Assembly: GCA_002269645.1 (NCBI GenBank)
Contig: NIVC01001974.1
Location: 153,002 to 217,001 of the forward strand
Source: Macrostomum lignano
Taxonomy: Eukaryota
DNA length: 64,000 nucleotides
Direction: 5' to 3'
Made by a program: the position numbers and the translations under genes. Each line of letters begins with the position of its first letter. Position 1 is the stretch's first letter. The notes beneath the pieces are model-generated. The model was given only the letters and a program-made list of their open reading frames with translations. It searched no databases and was not told the DNA's origin. Of this stretch, positions 50,328 through 62,321 are shown one piece after another.

Positions 50328-51065
50328 ATGAAGACGCAAATTTTAACTTTTTTAATCATCAAACAGCTGGTGTCAGTCTGGGCGCAGACGTGCCCTGATC
50401 CGTTTAGCCTGGAAGGTGACAAATGCCTGTTCGTGAGCACATCGAAGAAGCACACCTGGTGCTCGGCTTATCAGAAGTGCGCGTCAATCGGAGGTGAGCT
50501 CGTCAACTCGTTCGAGTCGATTCTGCTGCTAAGTGGCATGCCGATTCTTGACTGTTTCTGCATTGTGTGGCTCGGAGTGACCGACCTGGCCGATGAGAGA
50601 GGCTCCAGCAAGTCGGGCTGGCAACGCATTAACGGAAACGGCATCCTGCCTTTGAACGATACCATATGGAGCGATAATGATCCAAATTTCGGTGCGGTAG
50701 AGAACTGCATCACGCTTGTCTTTGGCAAAATCGCCAACCGAAAGTGCTCGGAGAAGTTCGGACTGGCGTGCGAGTGGACTCCGAGTCCGACAGTCGACCC
50801 GCTGCCACCACCAACTCATGCCAATTGGCAGCTGACGGAGTTCAAGCGCAGCATCTGCCATGAGAGCACGGAGTACTGCCACACTGACCTGCTGCAGGTG
50901 AAGAACTCAATGCACTGCGTTGCGGCCGGCATGCGTGCTGGCAACTGCAGACACGTGCTGTACAACAGCAAGCTGAGAACTTGCCGTCTTCTGCTGTTCA
51001 CCGACGCTCAGGTGGAGGAGGAGATCGAGACGAGCGCCGACTGGGTGAAGTTTTCTCTGCCCTGA
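50328..51065 (+). CDS. Secreted C-type lectin domain protein with a C-terminal PAN/Apple-like domain, intronless (245 aa)
   Basis: Features are a signal peptide, CP..F...GDKC, W..A...C...GGEL, VWLGV, WSDNDPN, ENC and C....GLACE, a PT/P linker, and a second Cys module (HC...C(RHVLY)NSKLRTCRLL). Confidence 0.88.
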   Translation: MKTQILTFLIIKQLVSVWAQTCPDPFSLEGDKCLFVSTSKKHTWCSAYQKCASIGGELVNSFESILLLSGMPILDCFCIVWLGVTDLADERGSSKSGWQRINGNGILPLNDTIWSDNDPNFGAVENCITLVFGKIANRKCSEKFGLACEWTPSPTVDPLPPPTHANWQLTEFKRSICHESTEYCHTDLLQVKNSMHCVAAGMRAGNCRHVLYNSKLRTCRLLLFTDAQVEEEIETSADWVKFSLP

Positions 51066-51379
51066 GCAGGATCGACGGTCGGGTCTCAACTGCGGCTGAT
51101 CTCACGACTTGATTGTCAGCGATTGACATAAACTTATGAGCAAAAATATTTACTAAACAAGTTATTCTTTAAGGTAAATTAACACGGCCACAGTACGAGG
51201 ATATCAAAGTCCTAACTATCTAAAATACATTGAAAACTATGTCGCAAGTCTCTGCGCAGGTTTGGCCAGAGAATATCTTTTGAAAACAGGGTCGTCAGCA
51301 CTCACTGATGAGCAGCCCATTGTAGCCAGCCTCCAGCAGCTGTGCAAATAAGTCTGTCTCTACAGATATACCTGCCGGT

Positions 51380-51632
51380 CCCTCTGTAGCTGGCGCCCCC
51401 TTCTATAGCTGGCGCCCCCTCTGTAGCTGGCGCCGCCTCTGTAGCTGGCGCCCCTTCTGTAGCTGGCACTCCCTCTGTAGCTGGCGCTCCTTCTGTAGCT
51501 GGCACCCCCTCTGTAGCTGGCACCCCCTCTGTAGCTGGCGCTCCCTCTGTAGCTGGCACTCCCTCTGTAGCTGGCACCCCCTCTGTAAGATAGCTGGCGC
51601 CCCCTTTGTAGCTGGCGCCCCCTCTGTAGCTG
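51380..51632. repeat. 18-bp minisatellite (ctctgtagctggcgcccc), reverse complement of the 23990-24437 family
   Basis: Direct reading. Confidence 0.92.
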
Positions 51633-52039
51633 GGCCAAATATATAATTTTGTTGCTCGAGTGACCAAGGTTAGTGAAAAACCTTGAAAAAATTCATAAAG
51701 CAGTCAACGTTGTTGACATATAAAAATGTCAAAGTGAATTGTGTTTTATTGTACTTAGAGAAAATGGTACCCATTGTTCTTGGAGAAGTTTTTCAGATGA
51801 CGAATAAAACGGAAATATCTTGCATGAAATTTTCCTTACTCTAGGATAAATCTGAATGCCTCAAAGGGCAATAAGACTTTTTGTAAAAGGAACCACTAGC
51901 TGCATACGGGAAGCAGAAACTGAACAGAATTGTATCAGAGAGAGAGAAATTTGCATCTTCAGTGAATAGCTGGAACGGAAAAAACTGCTTTTTGTGTCCT
52001 TTTTTGTTCTGCAACATTTTGCAACAATGGCTGAGTCAA

Positions 52040-52665
52040 GGCTCATGGGAGAATTGCTGAGACGTCAAGGTTCATTGGGAGAATTGCTGAGATGTCGAGG
52101 CTCATGGGGAGAATTGCTGAGATGTCAAGGTTCATTGGGAGAATTGCTGAGATGTCGAGGCTCATGGGGAGAATTGCTGAGATGTCAAGGCTCATGGGAG
52201 AATTGCTGAGATGTCAAGGCTCATGGGGAGAATTGCTGAGATGTCGAGGCTCATGGGGAGAATTGCTGAGATTTCAAGGCTCATGGGGAGAATTGCTGAG
52301 ATGTCAAGGCTCATGGGGAGAATTGCTGAGATGTCGAGGCTCATGGGGAGAATTGCTGAGATGTCAAGGTTCATTGGGAGAATTGCTGAGATGTCGAGGC
52401 TCATGGGGAGAATTGCTGAGATGTCAAGGCTCATGGGGAGAATTGCTGAGATGTCAAGGCTCATGGGGAGAATTGCTGAGATGTCGAGGCTCATGGGGAG
52501 AATTGCTGAGATTTCAAGGCTCATGGGAGAATTGCTGAGATGTCAAGGCTCATGGGGAGAATTGCTGAGATGTCGAGGCTCATGGGGAGAATTGCTGAGA
52601 TGTCAAGGCTCATGGGGAGAATTGCTGAGATGTCAAGGCTCATGGGGCGAATTGGTGAGATGTCA
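52040..52665. repeat. 30-bp minisatellite (ggctcatggggagaattgctgagatgtcaa), reverse-orientation relative of 41331-42427
   Basis: Its reverse complement ttgacatctcagcaattctccccatgagcc aligns with atggcatctcagcaactccccctgtgagcc. Confidence 0.92.
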
Positions 52666-54010
52666 AGTCTACAAAGATGGTCTAGCAGAGGGACTTCGTT
52701 GCCGAACACCACACAAAGTTTGGTGTGGTGAGGACATGTGAAGCAAATGCAAGATCTCTACAGAGTGACACTAGTTCCTGTGAATGAGCTCCATGCATTC
52801 TTACTGCATACAACAATCAGTTCACCATTCAAACCTTAGTAAAGACCTTCAGAATCGACAAAAGTTTTTGTCAAGTTCAACTGACCAAAAAAAAATGGAA
52901 AGATTTGGACAACGCGAAACGCATTTATAGCATCGTCACTGCAGTCGAAGTGCAAGCTGCTGAAGGAAACTGTCAATAATAGCACAGCAGCGCATCTGAC
53001 AAGAAAGTTTTTAAACATCTAATATATTGTCTACTAGCTAATGACATATTGTGAGCATATACCAAAACATTTATGACATACTTGTAGGTATCATCATTTA
53101 TAATAAATAACTGGACCTATCCAAGATCATAAATTTCTTACGATTTAGTTAAAAATACTCACAAAATAAATACAAACACATTAACATTTGCTTTAGTTTA
53201 CTTACCCAATTCGCGTAGGAATCTATCAATCAAACACTAGTGCGAGTATAGACTGACTATATTGTTGTTTTATGCAACAAAGAGAAACAGCTCAAACATA
53301 AATGCTATACTCTACAGCACATCAATCTATTATCAATCTATTATATATATACTGTACCTTCTGCCAAATCGTCACTAAGCCTACAGGCCGTAGACTATTA
53401 GCTCGTGTTACTTGTATTTATCATACACGACTATAAAACTTGTGTTGCAGCCATCGAGCGTTTTTTCTATGGTTCAGCAGGCACTTAGCCCGGTCCATTC
53501 AACCACTTCGTTCCGTAACGGCCGGGTTAGCCATAGGGGGTGGGTGTGAGGGAATGGGGCAGGAGGTGTCAACGATTTCAAGCCCTCATTCATGCCTCCT
53601 GGTCTCCTCATGGTCTCCTCGGTAGGAGACGCGATTCAGGTCATTCCACGGTGACCTCACCCCCAAGCAACACATTGTAGAAAACATAACAAGTGTAAGC
53701 AGATCAGTAGTATATACGCAAATGCTAGATATTATTTTCTAACATATTTATTATTGTAGCCAACTCTAATTCAAAATAGTTTTACCATGAAACAAGAAAA
53801 ACTACTTTTTATGCAGTCAGGCTCCGAGATTTTAAGACAGACATGAACTGAAAAGAATTCACGCGTATGGAACTGCTGAGAGGGCCTGGCTCTTTACTAA
53901 TTCTGGATTTTCAGTTGGTGATGATAATGGATCTTCAGCTAGTTAATATTTGCTGCGCATACTAGTGCTAATCAGTATTTTCAAGTCGTCCGTCACACGG
54001 GCCAGCTTCA

Positions 54011-57000
54011 TCACCAGCGTCTCCCACGGGACGCAGAGCTCCGGAACGAGGCTCTGAACTCAGTAGACCTGGTGCCACCTGCGCCGGTGGCCCTCTCGGC
54101 CAGGTAGCTGTCATAATTGGCCGATATTTTGCCCAGTTCGGCGCGTAGATTCTCCTCGAAATGCGACATCGATTCGTTGTCGGTGTCTCGCCGGCCTGGG
54201 ATTAGCGGGATTGAATTTTTACTTCGGAGTCTTGTTCATGTGCAGAAGACTCTATACTCTATCTGACAATCTACCTTACACCAGGGTCTTTAGCAACAGG
54301 GGCTTTAGCACCAGGGGCTTTAGCACCAGGGCGCCAGCACCAGGGGCTTTAGCACCAGGGGCGCCAGCACCAGGGGCGCCAGCACCAGGGCGCCAGCACC
54401 AGGGGCTTTAGCACCAGGGGCTTTAGCACCAGGGGCGCCAGCACCAGGGGCTTTAGCACCAGGGGCGCCAGCACCAGGGGCGCCAGCACCAGGGGCGCCA
54501 GCACCAGGGCGCCAGCACCAGGGCGCGCCAGCACCAGGGGCGCCAGCACCAGGGGCGCCAGCACCAGGGGCGCCAGCACCAGGGGCGCCAGCACCAGGGG
54601 CGCCAGCACCAGGGGCGCCAGCACCAGGGGCGCCAGCACCAGGGGCGCCAGCACCAGGGGCGCCAGCACCAGGGGCGCCAGCACCAGGGGCGCCAGCACC
54701 AGGGGCGCCAGCACCAGGGGCGCCAGCACCAGGGGCGCCAGCACCAGGGGCGCCAGCACCAGGGGCGCCAGCACCAGGGGCGCCAGCACCAGGGGCGCCA
54801 GCACTTGGAATCATTGGGAGAACAATAGAAGCGTCTAATGCTACTAATGCAGTAGTCTATCAACCTAGATGTAAAATGCTTTATTAAATTTTTAACTTAC
54901 TACTAGCATATAGAGCGCTGTAAGTAGTGGTACCAACAGCTCCTCCAGAGCCAATCGAAGACAGATAGTCCTCGAACTGCTCGTACTGATGACGCTGCGT
55001 TGATTGCAGTGCCGGCCGGAAACTCACGGCCGACAGTTCGGGATGATAGCGCCGACTTCCAGCCAAGACAGACCCCGATAGCTGACGCCCTCGGGCGTTC
55101 CGATAACTGCAGTTGCTTTCCTTATTGAGTAGGAATATTTTATGACAGTTTCATTAAAAAAACACCAATTTTGTGGTGTGGCATTAAGACGGTTTTTCAA
55201 GCGTAGCTGTTTATTGGAATGACCAAAATATATACCTGAGGTCTCCTCGGTAGGAGACGTGATTCAGGTCATTTCACGGTGCCCTCACCCCACGGTGACC
55301 TCATCCCACGGTGACCTCACCCCACGGTGATCTCATCCCACGGTGACCTCAGCCCACGGTGATCTCAGCCCACGGTGCCCTCACCCCACGGTGCCCTCAC
55401 CCCACGGTGACCTCAGCCCACGGTGATCTCAGCCCACGGTGCCCTCATCCCACGGTGACCTCACCCCACGGTGACCTCATCCCACGGTGACCTCATTCCA
55501 CGGTGCCCTCACCCCACGGTGACCTCAGCCCACGGTGATCTCATCCCACGGTGACCTCACCCCACGGTGACCACGGTGTATAAAATTGTGAGCAGGACAG
55601 CTCAGCGCCGCTTCCCGAGAAGCGAAGTTGAGAGTTTAATAGACGGCTTACCAATTTTATTTTCTCCAATTCTTCAAGCTGATACCGGAGCCTTTTGGCC
55701 ACATCAATGGCTGCTTGGCAGACAAGACGGGCTGGCACCAGTCCCTTGTCCAGGGCCCGCTGTAGAATGGCTTCGCTGCATCTGTTCAGATCCAGGGCAT
55801 CGAATACTTGCTGACGCTCTGACTCGGGCGGCAACGGATCAGCTGGGGGATCACAGTATGTATTCAGAGATTAACAGCATAGGGATTATTGACGAATTCG
55901 AATAATCCTTGGAAACGTCTTTAGCAGTCAGTCATTCACAAACCAATCCTTTACAAACCAATCCTTCACAAACCAATCATTCACACACCAATCATTCACA
56001 AACCAATCCTTTACAAACCAATCCTTTACAAACCAATCCTTTACAAACCAATCCTTCACAAACCAATCCTTTACAAACCAATCCTTCACAAACCAATCCT
56101 TTACAAACCAATCCTTCACAAACCAATCCTTCACAAACCAATCATTCACAAACCAATCCTTTACAAACCAATCCTTCACAAACCAATCATTCACAAACCA
56201 ATCCTTTACAAACCAATCCTTCACAAACCAATCCTTCACAAACCAATCCTTCACAAACCAATCCTTCACAAACCAATCCTTCACAAACCAATCCTTCACA
56301 AACCAATCCTTCACAAACCAATCCTTCACAAACCAATCCTTCACAAACCAATCCTTCACAAACCAATCCTTCACAAACCAATCCTTCACAAACCAATCCT
56401 TCACAAACCAATCCTTCACAAACCAATCCTTCACAAACCAATCCTTCACAAGCAGACTGCCTCACCAGAGAGCAGAGCCTCGGCCGCCTCGTACAGAGTG
56501 TCGTGGCTGGTCCGATAGTCTGGCGACATGCTGGCTGCCAGTTTGACAAAGTCGGCCACAGGAAGCCCCCAGCCCGGGCCAGATCCAGCAGGTGACAGTC
56601 AATCACGCACGAGAGGACTTCGGGCACAACGCCGTCATTTTTCACAGTGTTCTCCACAATCTCGCACAGTACAGGGGCCGGCGTGTCTCTGAGTTCGTCC
56701 TGGGTGAAGCGGTGCAGCGCGCCGCCCGCAAGTTGCAGCAGTTTGGCGCGACACTCCGGGCTGGCCGTCTCGCTAACGCGAAGCGCTCGTCGAATCCAAT
56801 CGCATTGATCGACTCGGACAGCGGCGTGTCGGCTGGCAGGGCGAGAATCACCCTGTCGAGTACTTCGACGCCGGATTCTCTGGTTAACTGTTCACTGGAT
56901 TTTTCGTCGGCTTGTTTATCCACTCGGTCGTCGTGGTCCTCTTCCTGGTCTTTGTGATCATCTTTTTCCGCGTCGGCCTCGCGCTCCGGTGGCGTTGGCG

Positions 57001-57841
57001 CCTGCTGCGGCGGGTTCAGGTGCCGGCTGAATGCCTGATCCAGGTAGCGGGCGGCCAGCTCAGCCAGCGGTCGTCGACGCAGATGGGCGTTCGTTTCGGC
57101 TTTCAACTCGTCCTCTGTAGTAGCGGCAGCCGCGGCTGAAGACGATTCTGACGGGCAGACAGCTTGGATCAGTTGAAGGAATCGAGGCAACGGCAGGCTC
57201 AGCAGATGATTCTCAGTGTCGCGCTGCTGCTGCTGCTGCTGTCTGCTGGAGTACGGAGAAGAGAAGACGCGGTAGTGGTGATGGTGCCGGTAGAAGTGCT
57301 CGTCACTATCAGAGCTGAGCGCGGCAGCGGCAGCCGCCGAAGCCTCTGCCCGATGCCAGATGTCCAGCAGCGCGGCGAGACACCTCTCTGGGAGTTTCGT
57401 TTCGTCAGTTGGCCGACCGACGGAGCCGCAGCTGGTCAGCAGGTCGACAATGGGGCCGGCCGATTGGCCAACCTTGGCCGAATCAAGCAGCTCGCTGAGG
57501 TACCGGTCGGTCAGGTCGGCCAGGTTGCCTCGGCCGCGCATTGCCAGCCGTTCGGCCGCGCAGTGCAATTGGACGACATTGTCCGGCGAGATGTCGATTC
57601 GTTTGTTGTAGCAGAAATCGGCAATCAAGTTGAAGCAGTCGGCCCCGCCGGGAAAGTCCGATTCGAGTTCGAGCTCCGACACACTGGAATCGGCCAGGAG
57701 TTCGCGGAATCGGTCAGATTTGATGAAGAGCGGGAACCGGTGCAGCTTCCACTCAGATTTGACGCCGTCAGCGGCAAGTCGGACCGTGAGGTCGGACAGT
57801 TCGCCAGAGTCTCGGTAGCGGACAAGATCTTGGACTGGCAT
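54011..57841 (-). CDS. BTB/POZ + NPH3-domain protein (NPH3/RPT2-like architecture); exons 57841-56466 (two 1-nt frameshifts), 55842-55652, probable ~55105-54901 and 54195-54011
   Basis: The BTB region reads SDLTV..WKLHRFPLFIKSDRFRELL..FPGGADCFNLIADFCY..IDISPDNVVQLHCAAERLAM..GNLADLTDRYL. After restoring frame, the NPH3 region reads ASPECRAKL, ADFVKLAASMSPDYRTSHDTLYEAAEALL and ESERQQVFDALDLNRCSEAILQRALDKGLVPARLVCQ. It may be a pseudogene or contain assembly indels. Confidence 0.82.
54290..54803. repeat. 15-bp minisatellite (ggggcgccagcacca)
   Basis: Direct reading; shares the ggggcgccagc core with the 18-bp family. Confidence 0.95.
55285..55572. repeat. 16-bp repeat (cccacggtgacctcac)
   Basis: Period 16 (55321, 55337). 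Confidence 0.92.
55935..56450. repeat. 15-bp repeat (acaaaccaatccttc) in the BTB-NPH3 gene intron
   Basis: Direct reading. Confidence 0.95.
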
Positions 57842-58337
57842 GGCTGCAGCTCTCGCAGTCTGTCCTGTGGGTCGCTCTGTTGAACAGACAGAGGCAGGGA
57901 TAATATGACAGGGAAGAATGAAAGAACGGGCAGAAGAGGAGCAGCAGGAAGAGGTGGGCTGAGAGAGCTGCCAAGGAGACCTTGTCTAAATCTAGACTTA
58001 AGTCATATTTTCATAAATACACACAAATTAATTATCACAATTAGCGGTTTGGCTTAACCCATGATTGAGCTAGTTGAGCTAGTGCTGATGGAAGCCTTGA
58101 CAAACTTCTAGTAAAATTAAAATTAGGAATATAAATTAACTAGCTTTCATTTTAGTCTACAGTTGTCACTCCAAGTTCTGGTGCTAGATCTCCATGCTCA
58201 ATTTCCAAACCAATATTCTTCTTCACCTGTGCATTCTAAACTGTACTTTTTTCTATAGGGGAGCGGGGGAAAAACGGAAAAATGTCGTTCCCACGGGAAC
58301 AGAGTCCGTGCGCTGTACACTCGCTTTCACAATTGAT

Positions 58338-58381
<44 letters not shown>

Positions 58382-58483
58382 TGCAATCCCAGGTGTAGCT
58401 GGCAACAGAGCTTTCAGGGTCTTCCTAACGATCCTAGGTAAGAGGCTGCCTTGAGATTAGTGATTTTTCTGCTTAGTGTGTCA

Positions 58484-59650
58484 GGATTGACGATTAGTGA
58501 GTCAGGATTGACGATTAGTGAGTCAGGATTGACGATTAGTGAGTCAGGATTGACGATTAGTGAGTCAGGATTGACGATTAGTGAGTCAGGATTGACGATT
58601 AGTGAGTCAGGATTGACGATTAGTGAGTCAGGATTGACGATTAGTGAGTCAGGATTGACGATTAATGAGTCAGGATTGACGATTAGTGAGTCAGGATTGA
58701 CGATTAGTGAGTCAGGATTGACGATTAGTGAGTCAGGATTGACGATTAGTGAGTCAGGATTGACGATTAATGAGTCAGGATTGACGATTAGTGAGTCAGG
58801 ATTGACGATTAGTGAGTCAGGATTGACGATTAGTGAGTCAGGATTGACGATTAATGAGTCAGGATTGACGATTAGTGAGTCAGGATTGACGATTAGTGAG
58901 TCAGGTTTGACGGTTAATGAGTCAGGATTGACAATTAGTGAGTCAGGATTGACGATTAGTGAGTCAGGATTGACGATTAATGAGTCAGGATTGACGATTA
59001 ATGAGTCAGGATTTACAATTAGTGAGTCAGGATTGACGATTAGTGAGTCAGGATTGACGATTAGTGAGTCAGGATTGACGATTAGTGAGTCAGGTTTGAC
59101 GATTAATGAGTCAGGATTGACAATTAGTGAGTCAGGATTGACAATTAGTGAGTCAGGATTGACGATTAATGAGTCAGGATTGACGATTAATGAGTCAGGA
59201 TTGACGATTAATGAGTCAGGATTTACAATTAGTGAGTCAGGATTGACGATTAGTGAGTCAGGATTGACGATTAGTGAGTCAGGATTGACGATTAGTGAGT
59301 CAGGATTGACGATTAATGAATCAGGATTGACAATTAGTGAGTCAGGATTGACGATTAATGAGTCAGGATTGACGATTAATGAGTCAGGATTTACAATTAG
59401 TGAGTCAGGATTGACGATTAATGAGTCAGGATTGACGATTAATGAGTCAGGATTAACGATTAGTGAGTCAGGATTGACGATTAGTGAGTCAGGATTGACG
59501 ATTAGTGAGTCAGGATTGACAATTAGTGAGTCAGGATTGACGATTAATGAGTCAGGATTGACGATTAGTGAGTCAGGATTGACAATTAGTGAGTCAGGAT
59601 TGACGATTAGTGAGTCAGGATTGACAATTAATGAGTCAGGATTGACGATT
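58484..59650. repeat. 21-bp minisatellite (gtcaggattgacgattagtga)
   Basis: 7-aa periodic translations. Confidence 0.97.
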
Positions 59651-60104
59651 ATCATTGACGACCCTTTCTGTGTCAGGAACTGCCGTATGTTTTGCGTCAG
59701 TAGTGCCAGTCAGTGCCTTTTTGTGCAACAACTTGAGCAATGAAGATGATCAAGGGCAGAGAATCTGATAAGGTTGACAGGGGTGAGGCTTAACTAAATT
59801 ATTCAGCTCGGACTTGTCTCTGCCACTCTCTTGGGATAATGGAGTTCTCTGACTCTCTCTATCTACTAGGTTCATTTCCCAAGGGAAGTGTGATTCGAAG
59901 AGCATGCCTCGGACTAAACTGTGGCATTTCTATTGGAGAAGCAGCTTTATATTGTACTTTTTTGCTATTTGAAGGAAATGCGACGCCTCTCCCACTGCAG
60001 AATTTTCTGTCTTCAGGCGTTAATTTTTAATCAGGGGCCTTTCACGATGCATTAGTGCAAATTAACCTCGGAGTCTGCTGGATTCATGCGTGCGCATTAT
60101 AGTT

Positions 60105-60555
60105 TATGGCTTAATCTGACCTTTCTTCCTTTTAATATTGATAATTCTCCGATAATAAGTTTCACCTATCTCTGTCTATCCCTCTCTTTCTCTATCTATC
60201 GCTCTCTATCCCTCTCTATCTCTGTCTATCCCTCTCTTTCTCTATCTATCGCTCTCTATCCCTATCTACCCCTTTCAATCGCTCTCTATCCTTCTCTATC
60301 TCTGTCTATCCCTCTCTTTCTCTATCTATCGCTCTCTATCCCTATCTACCCCTTTCAATCGCTCTCTATCCTTCTCTATCTCTGTCTATCCTCTCTATCC
60401 CTCCCTATGCCTGTGTCTATCCCCTTTTTCCCTCTCTAGCCTTCTCCTTTATCTATCCCTCTCTGTCTCTGTATCTCTGTCTATCTCTCTCTACCCCTCG
60501 CTATACCTCCCTCTATCCCTATCTATTCCTCTCTATCTTGCTATCCCTCTATATC
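60105..60555. repeat. Pyrimidine-rich (tctctatccc)-type compound repeat
   Basis: Direct reading. Confidence 0.88.
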
Positions 60556-61434
60556 ACTAATTATGTCGCTAAATTTGTTCACATGTTAAATTTCTTATTT
60601 ACTTATTCGCAGACACACGCAAATTACTTACATTCCCAATGGCATTATTCAGGCCAAAACCGTCAAAGCTGTCATTTTTCGTTACATATTTCTGAAATTC
60701 CAGACAGCTGACTTGATAAATGCTGAGGAATGACATTCCAGATTAGGGTTTTTTCTTGTCTTTTTTGCCATTTTTCTGGCTAAATAAAATCAATTTCGTG
60801 AGCATGCACCATTTGGACTCGAAAGCGGGAAGTATAGTCTGTGAGCTTGGGCTGGGGCTAGAAAATCAATGCTCGACAGATAGACTCAAGTGAAGAGGGA
60901 AGTTGCTAGGCTAGAAGGGACACGGCTAGAGAAGAATTGAGGTCCTCTGAGGACCTGGGCGAAGTCCCACCATCCTTGAGGGCGCACACTGAGGGAGAGA
61001 GGAATATTAGATGGGTGAGTCTCCCCCGGGGGCCACTCCACGGGAAAATGAGAGACAGAGATGAAAGTAGAATTGAGCAGGGAACAGGGGAGAAGTGTAG
61101 ATAGTGGAAAATAGAATTACGCATAGTTGTAAGCAAGGCTTTGGCTGACTAGGATGTATAACTCGTTTACTCAGTAAGACCTGAGTCGACTAGCTGACCA
61201 AAGCTTTTACAGCAAGTTTTTTCTCAGCGCAATAAACTTGCTGAGGATATCCTGTTCTCCGCGGGGATTTTATCGACTGGAAGTTTTGCTTTAATCGTTT
61301 TTTCTAGCTTGATGCGTAATACTAAACCAAAAATGGGTTTAGGAGATAGAGTAGATATTGACAAAGTGCGGATGAGAAACCGAGAGTAGCATAGAGATTT
61401 GTGGATTCTTTTGGCAAAACTGGATAGTGCTTAA

Positions 61435-61680
61435 GTGCCTCAGTGCCTCAGTGTCTGAGTGTCTGAGTGTCTCAGTGTCTCAGTGCCTCAGTGTCTCAGT
61501 GCCTCAGTGTCTCAGTGTCTCAGTGTCTCAGTGCCTCAGTGTCTCAGTGCCTCAGTGTCTCAGTGCCTCAGTGTCTCAGTGCCTCAGTGTCTGAGTGTCC
61601 CAGTGCCTCAGTGTCTCAGTGCCTCAGTGTCCGAGTGTCTCAGTGCCTCAGGGTCGCAGTGCCTTAGGGTCTCAGTGACT
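61435..61680. repeat. 8-bp repeat (ctcagtg[c/t])
   Basis: Direct reading. Confidence 0.92.
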
Positions 61681-62044
61681 TGGTGTTTATATTTTTAGTG
61701 TTCTATACTGTCTGAAAGTCTATAAGTTATGTTTTTATGGCGCATTAGAATAACATAAAGTTCCAATGTCGTTTAGTCCTTCTGTCTCGTCGTATGAATG
61801 TTAGGTTAGTGTCGGGTTCCTGGCATCAAAGCCTTATAATCTCTGTAAAAGCTCTGAGCCACCACATGTTGCATGCAGCAAAGCCCCATGGCTGACAGTT
61901 TAGCAGCATCGGCGCCACTGACCTGAGAGTAAACTCGAACATGCCGCACTCTCCAGTCTGCCTCAGGGAAAGAGCCAGGCTGCAACGGTGAGGCAGATCC
62001 TGAAAGACGCAGAAACAGGATCTGGAGACGAGGTTGAGAAGATG

Positions 62045-62118
<74 letters not shown>
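62045..62118. repeat. (GA)n microsatellite
   Basis: Direct reading. Confidence 0.95.
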
Positions 62119-62121
<3 letters not shown>

Positions 62122-62321
62122 AAAGAGAGGGGAGGAAGCGGACTGAGCCGGGGGCCGAGGATATGAAGGGTCACATATAGGAGAGAAAAATCTTCCGAGG
62201 TGGAAGGACTGAGACGCGTATGTAAAACCGCATTCGAACCACACCTCTCTCTCAAGCTGTCTTCATCGGTGTCATATTTAATAGCTATAGTTGACGTTTA
62301 GCTTCTCAAAACTCAGATATA

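Noticed and set aside
52836-53018. 60-aa minus ORF with a signal-peptide-like start
   Set aside because: It is short, has no recognisable domain and has no supporting splice partner.
54011-57841. Plant contamination as the explanation for the NPH3-like gene
   Set aside because: The gene is embedded among metazoan genes (neuroligin, class A GPCR), and one of its introns holds a relative of the minisatellite family found elsewhere in the window.
61806-62030. Exon-like minus segment after (TC)n (…SFPEADWRVRHVRVYSQ)
   Set aside because: It has a good acceptor and donor but cannot be linked to any gene; the family resemblance is too weak.
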